From Myxococcota bacterium (GTDB taxonomy: Bacteria > Myxococcota_A > Polyangia > DASYRF01): DNA of 64,000 bases. Below are positions 8,551 through 17,928 of this stretch, in pieces. Each line of letters begins with the position of its first letter. Positions within the stretch are counted from its first letter, which is position 1. The notes under the pieces were generated by a model. It saw only the letters and a list, made by a program, of their open reading frames with translations. It ran no database searches and was not told where the DNA came from. The position numbers and the translations under genes are program-made. The stretch covers positions 12,374 through 76,373 of the forward strand of contig DASYRF010000092.1 of the NCBI GenBank assembly GCA_036004705.1, read 5' to 3'.

Positions 8551-9518
8551 CCGGCGAGCGCACGGCCGTGCGTCCCTGTGACGAGCACCGCGAGGACCTT
8601 CACGCCTACCTCGACGGCGAGCTGCAGCTCGCCGAGGCCGCCGCGCTCGAGGACCACCTGCGCGGCTGCGGCGGCTGCCGCGACGAGGTGGCCACGCTGG
8701 GGTCGCTGCGCCGCGCGCTGCGGGTGGCGCTTCCGTCGGTGCGCGCGCCGGCAGAGCTGCGCGCGCGGGTGCGCGCCCTCGTCGACGGCCGCACCGCGCT
8801 GCCGGACGAGCCGCGCGCCCTACCGCCGGCCGCCACGCGCGCCGGGCGCGTGCTGCTGGCCGCCGCCGCGGTGGTGCTGGCCGCGGCCGGGGGTCTGGCG
8901 CTGGCGAGCCGCGTGTTGCCGCACCACGACGGCGACGAGGCGCTGCACCCGACGCCACTGGCGCTCGCGGTGGCGGACTTGCACGACGACGCCGACGAGG
9001 CGGCGCTAGAGGTCGTGGGCCCGGGGAGCGAGCAGGTCGCGGACCTGCTGGAGAGCGGCGCCGGGCTGCCCGGCCACCCGGTGGTGCCCGAAGAAGCGGA
9101 CCTGCTGGGCGCACGGCTGGTGAGCTTCTCGCCCGACGGCGCCGGCACGGGGCCCGGGGCAGGGCACGGCGCGTCGCCTGGCTTGAGCGCCCTGCGCTCG
9201 GTCAGCCGCCGCGGCGCGGTCAAGGGCGGAACGGCCCGCAACGTGGCCATCCCGGCGCGGCGCGGGGAGCTCGCGGGCGAGATGCGCTTGCATCTGGGCA
9301 GCCACCTCGTGACGGTCATCGTCTTCGACGTGCTCGCTACGCCCGTGCACTTCTCGGGAAAGGCCGTGCGCGTCGGCGGGCGCGACGGCTTCGTCGACCG
9401 CGTGGGCGCCACCAACGAGATCTTCTTCGTGGACGGCTTCCTCGGCTACGCCGTGGTGTCCGACGCGCCCCTCGAAATGCTTCTGCACTTCGCCGGCGGG
9501 CTCGTCAGTGTCCACTGA
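8547..9518 (+). CDS. Zinc-binding (ZAS) anti-sigma factor, single-pass membrane protein
   Basis: An ATGA overlap joins it to the sigma gene. H-x3-C-x2-C motif LEDHLRGCGGCRDEV is present, with TM segment VLLAAAAVVLAAAGGLALA. Confidence 0.8.
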   Translation: MTGERTAVRPCDEHREDLHAYLDGELQLAEAAALEDHLRGCGGCRDEVATLGSLRRALRVALPSVRAPAELRARVRALVDGRTALPDEPRALPPAATRAGRVLLAAAAVVLAAAGGLALASRVLPHHDGDEALHPTPLALAVADLHDDADEAALEVVGPGSEQVADLLESGAGLPGHPVVPEEADLLGARLVSFSPDGAGTGPGAGHGASPGLSALRSVSRRGAVKGGTARNVAIPARRGELAGEMRLHLGSHLVTVIVFDVLATPVHFSGKAVRVGGRDGFVDRVGATNEIFFVDGFLGYAVVSDAPLEMLLHFAGGLVSVH

Positions 9519-10119
9519 TCAGACCGCGGGCGGGTCGCCGGTGCGCGCGGCGCGGCGTCCGGGCTGGCCGTACCTGGCCGTGCTCGCCGGCGCGTGGGTC
9601 GTCGCCGACCAGGCGTCGAAGTGGTGGGCCAATCGGTTCCTGGCGCCGCGCCCCGGCGGGCGGCTGGAGCTGGTGTCGGGGCTGTTCGACTTGGACTACG
9701 CGCACAACCCGGGCGCGGCGTGGAGCCTGCTGGTGGGTGCGCCGGCCGGGCTGCGCCGCGCGCTGTTGCTGACTGTCTCGCTGCTGGCCGCGGCGGCGCT
9801 CGTCTGGATGTATCAGCGCCTCGTACACGCGCCGGGCAGCGGCGCGGGGGCGGCGCCGCACCCCCGCCTCATGGCGACGGCGCTGGCGCTGGTGCTGGGC
9901 GGGGCGGCCGGCAACTTCATAGACCGCGCGATCGACGGCTACGTGGTCGACTTCTTCCGCGCGCATTGGTTCGAGGCCGCGAGCTGGCCGACGTTCAACG
10001 TCGCCGACATCGGCATCACGGTGGGTGTGGCGGCGTTGCTCGTGCAGACCTTGTGGAGTGTGCGCCCCGAGGCGCGGGCCGCCGAGGGCGGACCCGGGCA
10101 AAGCCTGCTCGGCGCCTGA
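9508..10119 (+). CDS. lspA: Lipoprotein signal peptidase II (paralog 1)
   Basis: AHNPGAAWSLL, GGAAGNFIDRA, YVVDFF and WPTFNVADIGITVG are present, so both catalytic Asp contexts are retained. The start overlaps the anti-sigma 3' end by 11 nt. Confidence 0.9.
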   Translation: MSTDQTAGGSPVRAARRPGWPYLAVLAGAWVVADQASKWWANRFLAPRPGGRLELVSGLFDLDYAHNPGAAWSLLVGAPAGLRRALLLTVSLLAAAALVWMYQRLVHAPGSGAGAAPHPRLMATALALVLGGAAGNFIDRAIDGYVVDFFRAHWFEAASWPTFNVADIGITVGVAALLVQTLWSVRPEARAAEGGPGQSLLGA

Positions 10120-10240
10120 GCGCGCGCGCGCTTCGCGGCTCGCCGTCTCGGGTCGCTTCGATCTCGCTTCGGTCTCCCGAAACGTGGGCCTCTGGGCCGC
10201 GGCGAAGCGACCCTTGCATCCATGATGCATAATCCCCTTC

Positions 10241-11575
10241 GTGTGGAAGCGACGGCGCGGGGGAGTGCTGGCGCTGGCGGCCGCGTCGCTCGCGACCGCT
10301 CCCGCGACGGCAAGCGCGGCCGAACCGCCGCCACGGGTGTCCTTCAGCTGGAAGGCGCCGAAGGAGTGCCCGGACGAAGCCTACGTGCGCGGCGAGATCG
10401 AGCGCCTGCTGCGGCGCCCGCTGGAGGCCGCGGCGCGCGAGCCGCTGGCCGCGCGCGCGCGCGTGTCGCGCGACAAGCGCGGCGTGTGGCACATGAAGCT
10501 CGACACCAAAGGCCCCGCCGGGCCGGGCGAGCGCACGCTCGAGGGCGACACGTGCGAGGGCCTGGGCCGCGCGACCGCGCTCATCGTGGCGCTTGCCATC
10601 GACCCGGCAGCCGTGGCCGAGGCCACGACGGGCAGCGCGGGGACCTCACTCATCGGCCTCGCTGCCGGAAGCGCGGGCGCCGATGGTGCCGGGGGTGGGC
10701 GCGCCGGCGCGGCCGGCGCGGCCGGCGAAGCCGCAACCGGGGGCGGCGACGGCGGAGCGGGAGGCACGGGAGGCACGGGTGGTACGACCGTCGGCGCCGG
10801 AGACAGTGGCGCGCGCGGGGTCGCCGCAACGCCAGGCGGCAAAGGCGCTGCAGGGGCGGAGACTGGGCGCGGCGCGGCGACCGGCACGCCGGGCGCGGCG
10901 GGCGCGACCGCCGGAGCGACTGGCCCGACCGCAGCGCCGGACGCGCCGGCCGGCGCCGGTGCGATCGGTCGCGTCGAGACGGACACGGAGGCTCCCTCCG
11001 GCGCGACCTTGGCCGTACGGATCGCCGACGACGCGCCGCTGCGGTTGCTCGCGCGAGTCACGGCGGGCGGGGACTTCGGGACGCTGCCGCACCTCGCTCC
11101 CGGCGGGTCTGTGGCGGTGGGCCTGCTGACGGGAACGACGCGCGTCGAGGTGGTCGGCTCCTACTGGCTGCCGCAGCGGGGCCGCCTCGCCGGCAGCGAC
11201 ACCGTCTACGGGACGATCCGCCTTTACGCCGCCGGGCTACGCGGCTGCGCCGGCCTCCACCTTGGCGCCTTCGACCTGCCGGCGTGCTTCGGCGCCGAGG
11301 TCGGACGCCTCTACGGGAAGGGTCACGGGGTCTCGACCGTGGCGGACGGTGACGCCCTGTGGCTGGCCGCCACAGCCGGAGCCGCGGTGGCCTGGAACCT
11401 GGCACCCTGGCTCGCTCTTTGGCTCCAGGCCGACGCGGTCGCTCCGCTCTTGCGCCCCGAGTTCGTCTTCGACAGTGTGGCCGGCACACCCTGTACCGCG
11501 AGCGGGTGCCCCATCTGGCGGCCCTTGCCCGTGTCGGCGCGCGCCGCCGCCGGGGTCGAGCTACACTTTCCGTGA
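10241..11575 (+). CDS. Secreted protein: conserved N-domain, Gly/Ala/Thr low-complexity linker, beta-rich C-terminal domain
   Basis: The signal peptide is LALAAASLATAPATASA. GC3 is high. The C-terminus alternates hydrophobic residues and ends in VELHFP, so it may be barrel-like. No recognisable catalytic motif. Confidence 0.6.
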   Translation: MWKRRRGGVLALAAASLATAPATASAAEPPPRVSFSWKAPKECPDEAYVRGEIERLLRRPLEAAAREPLAARARVSRDKRGVWHMKLDTKGPAGPGERTLEGDTCEGLGRATALIVALAIDPAAVAEATTGSAGTSLIGLAAGSAGADGAGGGRAGAAGAAGEAATGGGDGGAGGTGGTGGTTVGAGDSGARGVAATPGGKGAAGAETGRGAATGTPGAAGATAGATGPTAAPDAPAGAGAIGRVETDTEAPSGATLAVRIADDAPLRLLARVTAGGDFGTLPHLAPGGSVAVGLLTGTTRVEVVGSYWLPQRGRLAGSDTVYGTIRLYAAGLRGCAGLHLGAFDLPACFGAEVGRLYGKGHGVSTVADGDALWLAATAGAAVAWNLAPWLALWLQADAVAPLLRPEFVFDSVAGTPCTASGCPIWRPLPVSARAAAGVELHFP

Positions 11576-12195
11576 TGAAGGCCGTCGCCGCCGGCCACTC
11601 AACGGACGTGGGAACGAACCCCAGCGCGGGTGCCGTGGCGCTTCGCCCGGGATCGGACGCCCCGGCCGCCAGGATGACCGCCCCCGGCTTCGCTGCCGTG
11701 TACGAGCAGAACTTCGACTTCGTGTGGCGCAGCCTGCGGCGCCTGGGAGTGCCCGAGGCAAGCATGGACGACGCCGCGCAGGACCTGTTCATCGTGGTGC
11801 ACCGCCGCCTCGGGGAGTTCGCCGGCCGCTCGTCGGTGCGCACGTGGCTCTTCGGCATCGCGCTGCGCGTGGCCGGGGACTACCGCCGCCGCCTGCGCCG
11901 TAAGGGCACACCGCTGCGGCCGCTGCCCGACGCGCTGCCCGACACCACGCGGCCAGGACCCTACGAGGATCTGGCGCGCCGCGAAGCCGCGCGCGTGCTG
12001 GACGGGCTGCTCGACGCGCTGGACGACGCCAAGCGCGCTGTCTTCGTGCTGGCCGAGCTGGAGCAGATGACCGCGCCGGAGATCGCGGAGGTTCTGGACG
12101 TGAACGTCAACACGGTGTACTCGCGCCTGCGTGCAGCACGCGCGGACTTCGAGCGCGCGGTGGCCCGCCTGCAGTCGCGCAGCGGAGGGAGGTGA
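11575..12195 (+). CDS. ECF sigma factor (second copy)
   Basis: AAQDLFIVVHRRLGEFAGRSSVRTWLFGIALRVAGDYRR is region 2. TAPEIAEVLDVNVNTVYSRLRAARADF is region 4. ATG 11575 overlaps the preceding TGA; the alternative start is ATG 11674. Confidence 0.85.
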   Translation: MKAVAAGHSTDVGTNPSAGAVALRPGSDAPAARMTAPGFAAVYEQNFDFVWRSLRRLGVPEASMDDAAQDLFIVVHRRLGEFAGRSSVRTWLFGIALRVAGDYRRRLRRKGTPLRPLPDALPDTTRPGPYEDLARREAARVLDGLLDALDDAKRAVFVLAELEQMTAPEIAEVLDVNVNTVYSRLRAARADFERAVARLQSRSGGR

Positions 12196-12196
12196 C

Positions 12197-13195
12197 ATGG
12201 ACGCGCTCTCTCCGAAGGCACGAGCGATCCTGGACGCCGCACGCGCCGCGCACGAGGCGACCGGCGACGATCGCGGCCGTGTGCGCGCCGCGCTGCTCGC
12301 CAGCCTCGGCAGCGTACCGCCGGCGTCGGGCGCGCCGCCCGCCGCGGGCACGCCCGCCCCGCCCGTGGCACCGGCCGCGCCGGCCTCAGGCGCCGGGGCC
12401 GGCGCGGGGACGGGGACGGCGGCGGTGGGCGCGACGCTGTCGGGCGGCCACGCCGCCATCGGGACCGCCGCGGTCGGCGCCATGATCGTCAAGGTGTCCG
12501 TCGGCGCGGCGCTGCTGCTGGGCGCCGCCACGGCGCTCCTGATTCTCGGCCCTGGCGAAAAGGCGCGTCCCGCCGCGGAGACAGCCACCGAGCCTGCCGG
12601 CGGGACCGCGACCGCGCCGGGCGGGGAATCCGCCCCCGTCTCCCGCGCGGAAATCGCGCCTTCGCGGGTCGCGGAGCCGTCCTCTCCGCCGCTGATACTG
12701 CCGCCGCCCCGCGCCGAGGAACGCCTGGCGCGGGTGCCGCTCGACGACCTGCCTTCGCCGGCCGTGTCCTCGGCGCCGCCGCCGCCCATGGCGCCGGGGA
12801 CGCCCGCCGCCCCCGCCGCGCCCCGGGCAACGCCCCGCCATGCGGCCGCCGGCGCCGGCGCCACCGTCGCTGCCGCAGCCCCCCTGGCGACGTCGAGCGC
12901 CTCGACGCTGGACGCGGAAACGGTGCTCCTCAACGGCGCCAGCGCCGCGCTCGGCGCCAAAGACGCGGCCCACGCCCTCGCGCTGCTGGAGGATTACGCC
13001 CGCCGCTTCCCGCACGGCGTGCTGGCCGAGGAAATGATGGCCACGCGCGTGCTGGCGCTCTGCGCGCTCGGCCGCGCCGGCGAGGCACGCGCCGCCGCGG
13101 AGGCCTTCCTCGCCACGCGCCCGCGCTCGCCCTACGCGGCGCGCGTGCGCGCGAGCTGCGGAGCCGCCCCGGCCGCCCCCGCGCCGGCGCCGTGA
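12197..13195 (+). CDS. Single-pass membrane protein, probable cognate anti-sigma/partner with Pro/Ala-rich linker and TPR-like C-terminal domain
   Basis: ATG 12197 lies 2 nt after the sigma stop, with GGAGGGAGG upstream. The TM segment is VGAMIVKVSVGAALLLGAATALLIL. The C-terminus contains ALALLEDYARRFPHGVLAEEMMATRVLALCALGR. Confidence 0.6.
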   Translation: MDALSPKARAILDAARAAHEATGDDRGRVRAALLASLGSVPPASGAPPAAGTPAPPVAPAAPASGAGAGAGTGTAAVGATLSGGHAAIGTAAVGAMIVKVSVGAALLLGAATALLILGPGEKARPAAETATEPAGGTATAPGGESAPVSRAEIAPSRVAEPSSPPLILPPPRAEERLARVPLDDLPSPAVSSAPPPPMAPGTPAAPAAPRATPRHAAAGAGATVAAAAPLATSSASTLDAETVLLNGASAALGAKDAAHALALLEDYARRFPHGVLAEEMMATRVLALCALGRAGEARAAAEAFLATRPRSPYAARVRASCGAAPAAPAPAP

Positions 13196-14559
13196 TGCCC
13201 GCGCGGCACACGCACCGCCCTTCTCGGTGGCGCGCCGCCGCCACTCTCCTCGCCGGCGCGACCGCTCTCGGCGGCGCCTCCTGCATCCACGAAAACTACG
13301 GCCGCACCATTCACCTCGGCAGCGATCCGACGCAGTGCAACGACGCAATGGACGACGACGGCGACCTGCTCGTCGACGCCGCCGACCCCGGCTGCCAGGG
13401 TACGAGCGACGACGGCGAGAACGAGCGCACCGAGATCGCGCCCTACACGCCGGCGCACGCCGCCACTGTCCTGTTCGTGATCGACGACTCCGGCTCCATG
13501 TGTGAGGAGCAGACCAACCTGCGAACGAACTTCGAGTCGTTCATCACGGCGTTCCTCGGCGCGGCCCCGGGCGTGCCGTACCATCTGGGCGTCGTCACCA
13601 CCGACACGTCCAGCGTCTCCGTGGCGGGCCGGCTGCGCAACTCGCCCCAGACCGTCGTCGCCAGCCCGCTCTGCCCGACACCGCCGCCGCCGCTCGACTG
13701 CACCACCGGCCTCCCATCGCCGCTGCCGAAGTGGATCGACCCGACCACGCCTGAGCCCGCCCGCACGTTCGGCTGCCTCGCCTCGGTCGGCATCATGGGC
13801 TTCGGCGGCGAGACGGCGCTCGGCGCCGCCGACATGGCCTTCAGCCCCACGCTTGTGAACGACCCTACGGCGAACCAGGGCTTCTACATCCCTGAGTCGC
13901 TGGTGGCGATCGTCTTCCTGGGCGACGAGGACGACTGCTCGGTCTGCTTCGGGACGGCGTGCGCGCCGCTTCCCGGGCTGCAGTTCAACCTGGACTGCTC
14001 GATCAACCGCGTGACCGAGCTGACAGCGGTCAGCTACATCGTCGCCGAAGTCACAGGGAGCTCGAACCTGGCCGGCGGCACGTTTGCGCGCGACGGCGTC
14101 TACGTTTCGGCCATCATCGGCCTCGACCCCGACGGCAACAGCGACGGCCCCATCATGGCCGATCCCGGCGGCGCCGACAGCCTGGTGCCCATCTGCTCGA
14201 TCGCCGGACAAGGCGGAGCCGCGCCCGCCCCGCGCATCGACAGCTTCACCCGCTCGTTCGCGCTCCATGAGGAGCACTCCATCTGCGACACCGACTACGG
14301 CCCCGCGCTGGGCGCGCTGGGCGGCGCGCTCGCCACGATGCTCAATTCCGGCTGCCTGGGCGCACCACCCTGCGACGGCATCAGCACCGCCGACGTCGTC
14401 GTGCAGATCGGCGGCGCACCGCCGCTCGGCGCCGGGGACTTCGACATCGTCCCCGACGCCGGCTGTGCCGGCGGATGGCGCGTGGAGCTGGCTGTCCCCG
14501 CCGACGCCGGCACGACCCTCTCCGTCACCTACCCCGAGGGCGCCGGCCCCTGCCCTTGA
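13192..14559 (+). CDS. VWA-domain lipoprotein with one N-terminal CxDxxDDDGD module
   Basis: The signal has Cys (ALGGASC). Module CNDAMDDDGDLLVDAADPGC is present. VLFVIDDSGSM is a MIDAS DxSxS motif. The start overlaps the upstream stop (GTGATG). Confidence 0.75.
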   Translation: MMPARHTHRPSRWRAAATLLAGATALGGASCIHENYGRTIHLGSDPTQCNDAMDDDGDLLVDAADPGCQGTSDDGENERTEIAPYTPAHAATVLFVIDDSGSMCEEQTNLRTNFESFITAFLGAAPGVPYHLGVVTTDTSSVSVAGRLRNSPQTVVASPLCPTPPPPLDCTTGLPSPLPKWIDPTTPEPARTFGCLASVGIMGFGGETALGAADMAFSPTLVNDPTANQGFYIPESLVAIVFLGDEDDCSVCFGTACAPLPGLQFNLDCSINRVTELTAVSYIVAEVTGSSNLAGGTFARDGVYVSAIIGLDPDGNSDGPIMADPGGADSLVPICSIAGQGGAAPAPRIDSFTRSFALHEEHSICDTDYGPALGALGGALATMLNSGCLGAPPCDGISTADVVVQIGGAPPLGAGDFDIVPDAGCAGGWRVELAVPADAGTTLSVTYPEGAGPCP

Positions 14560-14635
14560 CAGGGGGGCCTGCACCGCCCAGGATGTTCGCCTTTTGGCGG
14601 ACCGGCCGCGCCCTGGCGGCGTCCGATGGAGAGAG

Positions 14636-15274
14636 ATGGCCGCCACCCGACGCAAGTGGGGGTACCTCGGCGCAGTGACCGGCCTGCTGGTCCTGACCGA
14701 CCAGCTCACCAAGTACTGGGCCGTGAGCTCCCTGCGCCCCAAGCCGGGCGGCAAGCTCACCGTCTTCAAGGGCCTGCTCGATCTGAGCTACGTGCAGAAC
14801 ACCGGGGCGGCGTGGGGCTTCCTGGGCGGGGCCCCGGCCTGGTTCCGTCGGCCCTTCTTCCTGGTCGTGTCGCTGGCGGCCGTCGCCTTCATCGTCTGGA
14901 TCTACCGCAAGATCGAGCGCGGCCAGTGGCTGCTGGCCACCGCGCTGGCGAGCGTGCTGGGCGGAGCGGTCGGCAACTTCGTCGATCGTGCCATCCACGG
15001 CTACGTCATCGACTTCATCGACGCACACTGGTTCGACGGACCACACTGGCCCACGTTCAACGTCGCCGACATCGGCATCTCGGTGGGCGTGGTGGCGCTC
15101 TTCGTCGAGATGTTCCTCGGCGCGCGCCGCGCGCGCGAGGGTGAGGCGGAGGACGGCGCCGCCACCGCCACGCCCGGCAACGCCGCCCCGATGCCGTCCG
15201 CCCCTGCCGTCCGGGGCACGCCGGCCGGCGAGCGCGCCGGCGCCGCCGCTCCGCGCGGCTCGGAGTCGAAGTAA
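14636..15274 (+). CDS. lspA: Lipoprotein signal peptidase II (paralog 2)
   Basis: The true start is ATG 14636 (MAATRRKWGYL). VQNTGAAWGFL, GGAVGNFVDRA, YVIDFIDAH and WPTFNVADIGISVG are present. The track ORF 14084 start adds junk. Confidence 0.9.
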   Translation: MAATRRKWGYLGAVTGLLVLTDQLTKYWAVSSLRPKPGGKLTVFKGLLDLSYVQNTGAAWGFLGGAPAWFRRPFFLVVSLAAVAFIVWIYRKIERGQWLLATALASVLGGAVGNFVDRAIHGYVIDFIDAHWFDGPHWPTFNVADIGISVGVVALFVEMFLGARRAREGEAEDGAATATPGNAAPMPSAPAVRGTPAGERAGAAAPRGSESK

Positions 15275-15326
15275 CGGCGCGCCGCAGCGGTCGCAGGCTT
15301 CCCCCAAGCGTGCAAGACTAGCGGCC

Positions 15327-16619
15327 ATGCCGGACTCCGCCACGTCGCCCACGCCCGAGCCAGCGGACCCGGCGGCGGACGAGAAGGCCAGCGCGGCGGC
15401 GTCGCCCGGCGCGCCCGCGACGGCCGGCACGGGCGCCGGAGAAGCCGCCGGCGACGCCAAGAGCGACATGCGCGCCATCGGCCCGCTCGCCGAGCAGGAG
15501 CGCGCGCTGGAGCAGAAGCTGTCTCGCCCGGCGCTGCGACGCGCGGTGTGGGCCGTGGGCGCCGCCGCCGCGCTTGCCTTCCTCGCCTACGCGCTCGCCA
15601 ACCCGGGCAAGGCGGTGCTCGTCGACGTCCTCATCCCCGTCGTGAACGTGCGGTTCGCCTTGCCGTCGTACTTCACGATGCTGGTGCTCGGCTTCATGGT
15701 CGCCATCTACATGACCTGGAAGCTCGCCCCCGAGGTGTGGCCGGACCGCGACGACGCGCCCGACCGCATGCTCGACTTCAATCTATTGATGCTGGTGACC
15801 GGCGTTCTGGGCGCGCGGGCCATGCACGTCATCGCCGATGGCTTCTTCTGGGACTACGTTCATCTGTGCACGAACCCGGCGCTGGTGGACTTGAAAGTGG
15901 ACGTCGCCCTGGCGCCGGCGGTGAAAGCAGCCCGCTGCGCGAACCTCGGCGGCGTGCTCGACGCCGGCGGCGTCTGCCGCCCCTCCGAGTCCGACTGTCT
16001 GGCCACGCTGAAGATCTGGAACGGCGGCCTGGCCTGGTACGGCGGGCTCCTGGCGTGCATCCCAGTGGCCTGGTGGTACCAACGCCGCTACAGGCTCGGG
16101 TGGCTGAAGCTGGCGGACCTGTCATCGCCGTTCATCGCGCTGGGGCTCTTCTTCGGACGCATGGGCTGCTGGATGAGCGGCTGCTGCTTCGGGCAGCCGA
16201 CGGACGTGGCGTGGGCGGTGCGCTTCCCGCCCAACAGCGCGGCGTCGTGGGAGCAGAACGAGGACGGGCTGCTGCCGTCACGGCTGCTGGAGTCGCTTCC
16301 GGTCCACCCCACGCAGCTCTATGAGGCGTTCGCATCGCTGGCGCTGGCGGCGTACCTGTACTTCTGGGTTCGCAAGCACAAGCGGTTCGACGGGCAGGAG
16401 TTCTTCTCCTTGCTGGCGCTGTACGGCCTCATCCGCTTCTTCGTGGAGATGGTGCGCGCCGACGACCGCGGCACGGTCCTGGGTCTGCTCTCGTCGTCGC
16501 AGGCGATCAGCCTTCCGCTCGTGGCGCTGGGAATCTTCTTCCTGTACCGCAACGGCAAGCGCGCCGAGGCGGCGGCGCGCGGCGGCGGCGGCGGCGCGGC
16601 GGCGGCAGTCGGCCCGTAG
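15327..16619 (+). CDS. lgt: Prolipoprotein diacylglyceryl transferase (paralog 1, with N-terminal extension and Cys-containing periplasmic insert)
   Basis: WNGGLAWYGGL, FGRMGCWMSGCCFGQPT, VHPTQLYEA and LIRFFVEMVRADDRG are Lgt blocks. ATG 15327 is the start; a later start (MRAIGP, about 15468) is possible. Confidence 0.85.
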   Translation: MPDSATSPTPEPADPAADEKASAAASPGAPATAGTGAGEAAGDAKSDMRAIGPLAEQERALEQKLSRPALRRAVWAVGAAAALAFLAYALANPGKAVLVDVLIPVVNVRFALPSYFTMLVLGFMVAIYMTWKLAPEVWPDRDDAPDRMLDFNLLMLVTGVLGARAMHVIADGFFWDYVHLCTNPALVDLKVDVALAPAVKAARCANLGGVLDAGGVCRPSESDCLATLKIWNGGLAWYGGLLACIPVAWWYQRRYRLGWLKLADLSSPFIALGLFFGRMGCWMSGCCFGQPTDVAWAVRFPPNSAASWEQNEDGLLPSRLLESLPVHPTQLYEAFASLALAAYLYFWVRKHKRFDGQEFFSLLALYGLIRFFVEMVRADDRGTVLGLLSSSQAISLPLVALGIFFLYRNGKRAEAAARGGGGGAAAAVGP

Positions 16620-16630
16620 CACGCCCGGCC

Positions 16631-17473
16631 GTGCATCCCGTCCTGCTGCGCCTCGGTCCGCTTGAGATTCCGAGCTACGGCGCGCTCTCGGCGACTGGCA
16701 TGCTGCTGGCAACTTGGCTCTCGGTCCGCGCCGGCCGCCGCGCCGGCGTGCCCGTGCCGGCGATGCTCGACCTCATGTTCTGGCTGCTCGTCGCCGGGCT
16801 GGCCGGCTCGTGGGCGTTGCACGTCGCGCTGAACGCGCCGGCCCTGTGGCGGCTGTGCCGCGAGGCGGGCGACTGCCTGGCCGCGGTCGACCCGCGGCGC
16901 GCCGGCTTCGTCTGGTACGGCGGCGCGCTCGCCGCCGCGGCCGCGCTGTGGGCGTTCGCCCGGCGGCGCCGTCTCAATGTCTGGCGGCTGGGCGACGTGC
17001 TCGCCCCCGGGGCCGCCATCGGACAGGCGCTCGGGCGGCTCGGCTGCTGGGCGGCCGGCTGCTGCTACGGCGCGCCGTGCGCCGTCCCGCCCGGCGTGCG
17101 CTTCCCCCCGGGCAGCTTGGCCTGGCTCGAAGCCGTCGACGCCGGGCGGCTCGCTCCCGGGGCGCCGGCCACCGTGCCGCTCTACCCCGTACAGCTCTGG
17201 GAAGCGGCCGGCAACGCGGTTCTGTTCGGCGCGCTCCTGGCGCTGCGCGCGCGCAAACGGTTCGACGGGCAAGTGCTGTGCGCCTACGCGCTCGGCTACG
17301 CGGCGCTCCGCTTCGGACTGGAGCTCGTCCGCGGCGACGCGCGCGGCGGAGTGGGACCGCTATCCACTTCGCAGCTCGTCGCGGTGGCCGTGGCCGTGGC
17401 CGCCGCCGCCGCCTGGTGGCGTCGCAGCCGGAGCCCAGCCGCCGCGGCAGTGCCGGGCCCGCGGCCCGCCTAA
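16631..17473 (+). CDS. lgt: Prolipoprotein diacylglyceryl transferase (paralog 2)
   Basis: IPSYGALSATGML, FVWYGGAL, LGRLGCWAAGCCYGAPC, LYPVQLWEA and LRFGLELVRGDARG are present. It lies 11 nt after lgt paralog 1. Confidence 0.85.
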   Translation: MHPVLLRLGPLEIPSYGALSATGMLLATWLSVRAGRRAGVPVPAMLDLMFWLLVAGLAGSWALHVALNAPALWRLCREAGDCLAAVDPRRAGFVWYGGALAAAAALWAFARRRRLNVWRLGDVLAPGAAIGQALGRLGCWAAGCCYGAPCAVPPGVRFPPGSLAWLEAVDAGRLAPGAPATVPLYPVQLWEAAGNAVLFGALLALRARKRFDGQVLCAYALGYAALRFGLELVRGDARGGVGPLSTSQLVAVAVAVAAAAAWWRRSRSPAAAAVPGPRPA

Positions 17474-17474
17474 G

Positions 17475-17924
17475 CTAGGGCTGCACCGTGAAGAAGACGC
17501 CGTTCGAGACGACGCCGTCGACCTCGATGACCAGCGCGACGGTGCCGGGATCCACGGCCGGGACGGCGACGGTCACGTAGCCGTCGCTGTAGAGGCTGGC
17601 ATCGATGGCGGCCTCGACGCCGCCGAAGAGCACGCGCGTCACCGCCGCGTCGGTGCCGAAGCCCGCGCCGCGCAGCTCGACGGCCGCGCCGGGCGCCGCC
17701 GCGTTCGGCACCACCGCCGCGATGGACGGCTCGTCAGGCACCGCAGGCGTCTCGTCGCAGCCCGCGTCCCCCAGGGCGACGAGCGCCAGGACGGCGGCGA
17801 GGGTCAGCAGAGGAGGGAGCGCCAGGCCACGCGCGCGCGCACGACCGCGACGCGAGGCGACGGCGGCGACGGCCGCGGCACTGGCGGCGGCGTGAGACGA
17901 CGACGACGGCGACCGGCGCAACAT
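17475..17924 (-). CDS. Small secreted/lipoprotein with IPT/TIG-like Ig fold
   Basis: The signal has Cys (LVALGDAGC). VVPNAAAPGAAVELRGAGFG...VLFGGVEA...GYVTVAVPAVDPGTVALVIEVDGVVSNGVFFTV is an IPT/TIG-like pattern. Confidence 0.65.
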   Translation of the reverse strand: MLRRSPSSSSHAAASAAAVAAVASRRGRARARGLALPPLLTLAAVLALVALGDAGCDETPAVPDEPSIAAVVPNAAAPGAAVELRGAGFGTDAAVTRVLFGGVEAAIDASLYSDGYVTVAVPAVDPGTVALVIEVDGVVSNGVFFTVQP

Positions 17925-17928
17925 CGGA

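Noticed and set aside
10150-10211. Long-range inverted repeat GGGTCGCTTCG ... CGAAGCGACCC and a small palindrome TGCAT-ccatg-ATGCA upstream of gene 10241.
   Set aside because: The 11-nt arms are real, but the roughly 40-nt loop has no further structure and no motif I can tie to a regulator. Possibly a weak terminator after lspA-1, but not supportable as a feature.
10593-11129. Alternative-frame ORFs inside gene 10241..11575 (10593..11129 +, 10381..11061 -, 10646..11092 -).
   Set aside because: They lie in the Gly/Ala-rich low-complexity linker, where all frames are open. Only the 10241 frame has a signal peptide and a structured N- and C-domain.
14585-14602. Hairpin GTTCGCC-tttt-GGCGGAC between the VWA lipoprotein gene and lspA-2, as a possible terminator or attenuator.
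   Set aside because: The stem is 7 bp with one mismatch and is not followed by a T-run. The evidence is too weak, and the flanking genes look co-transcribed.
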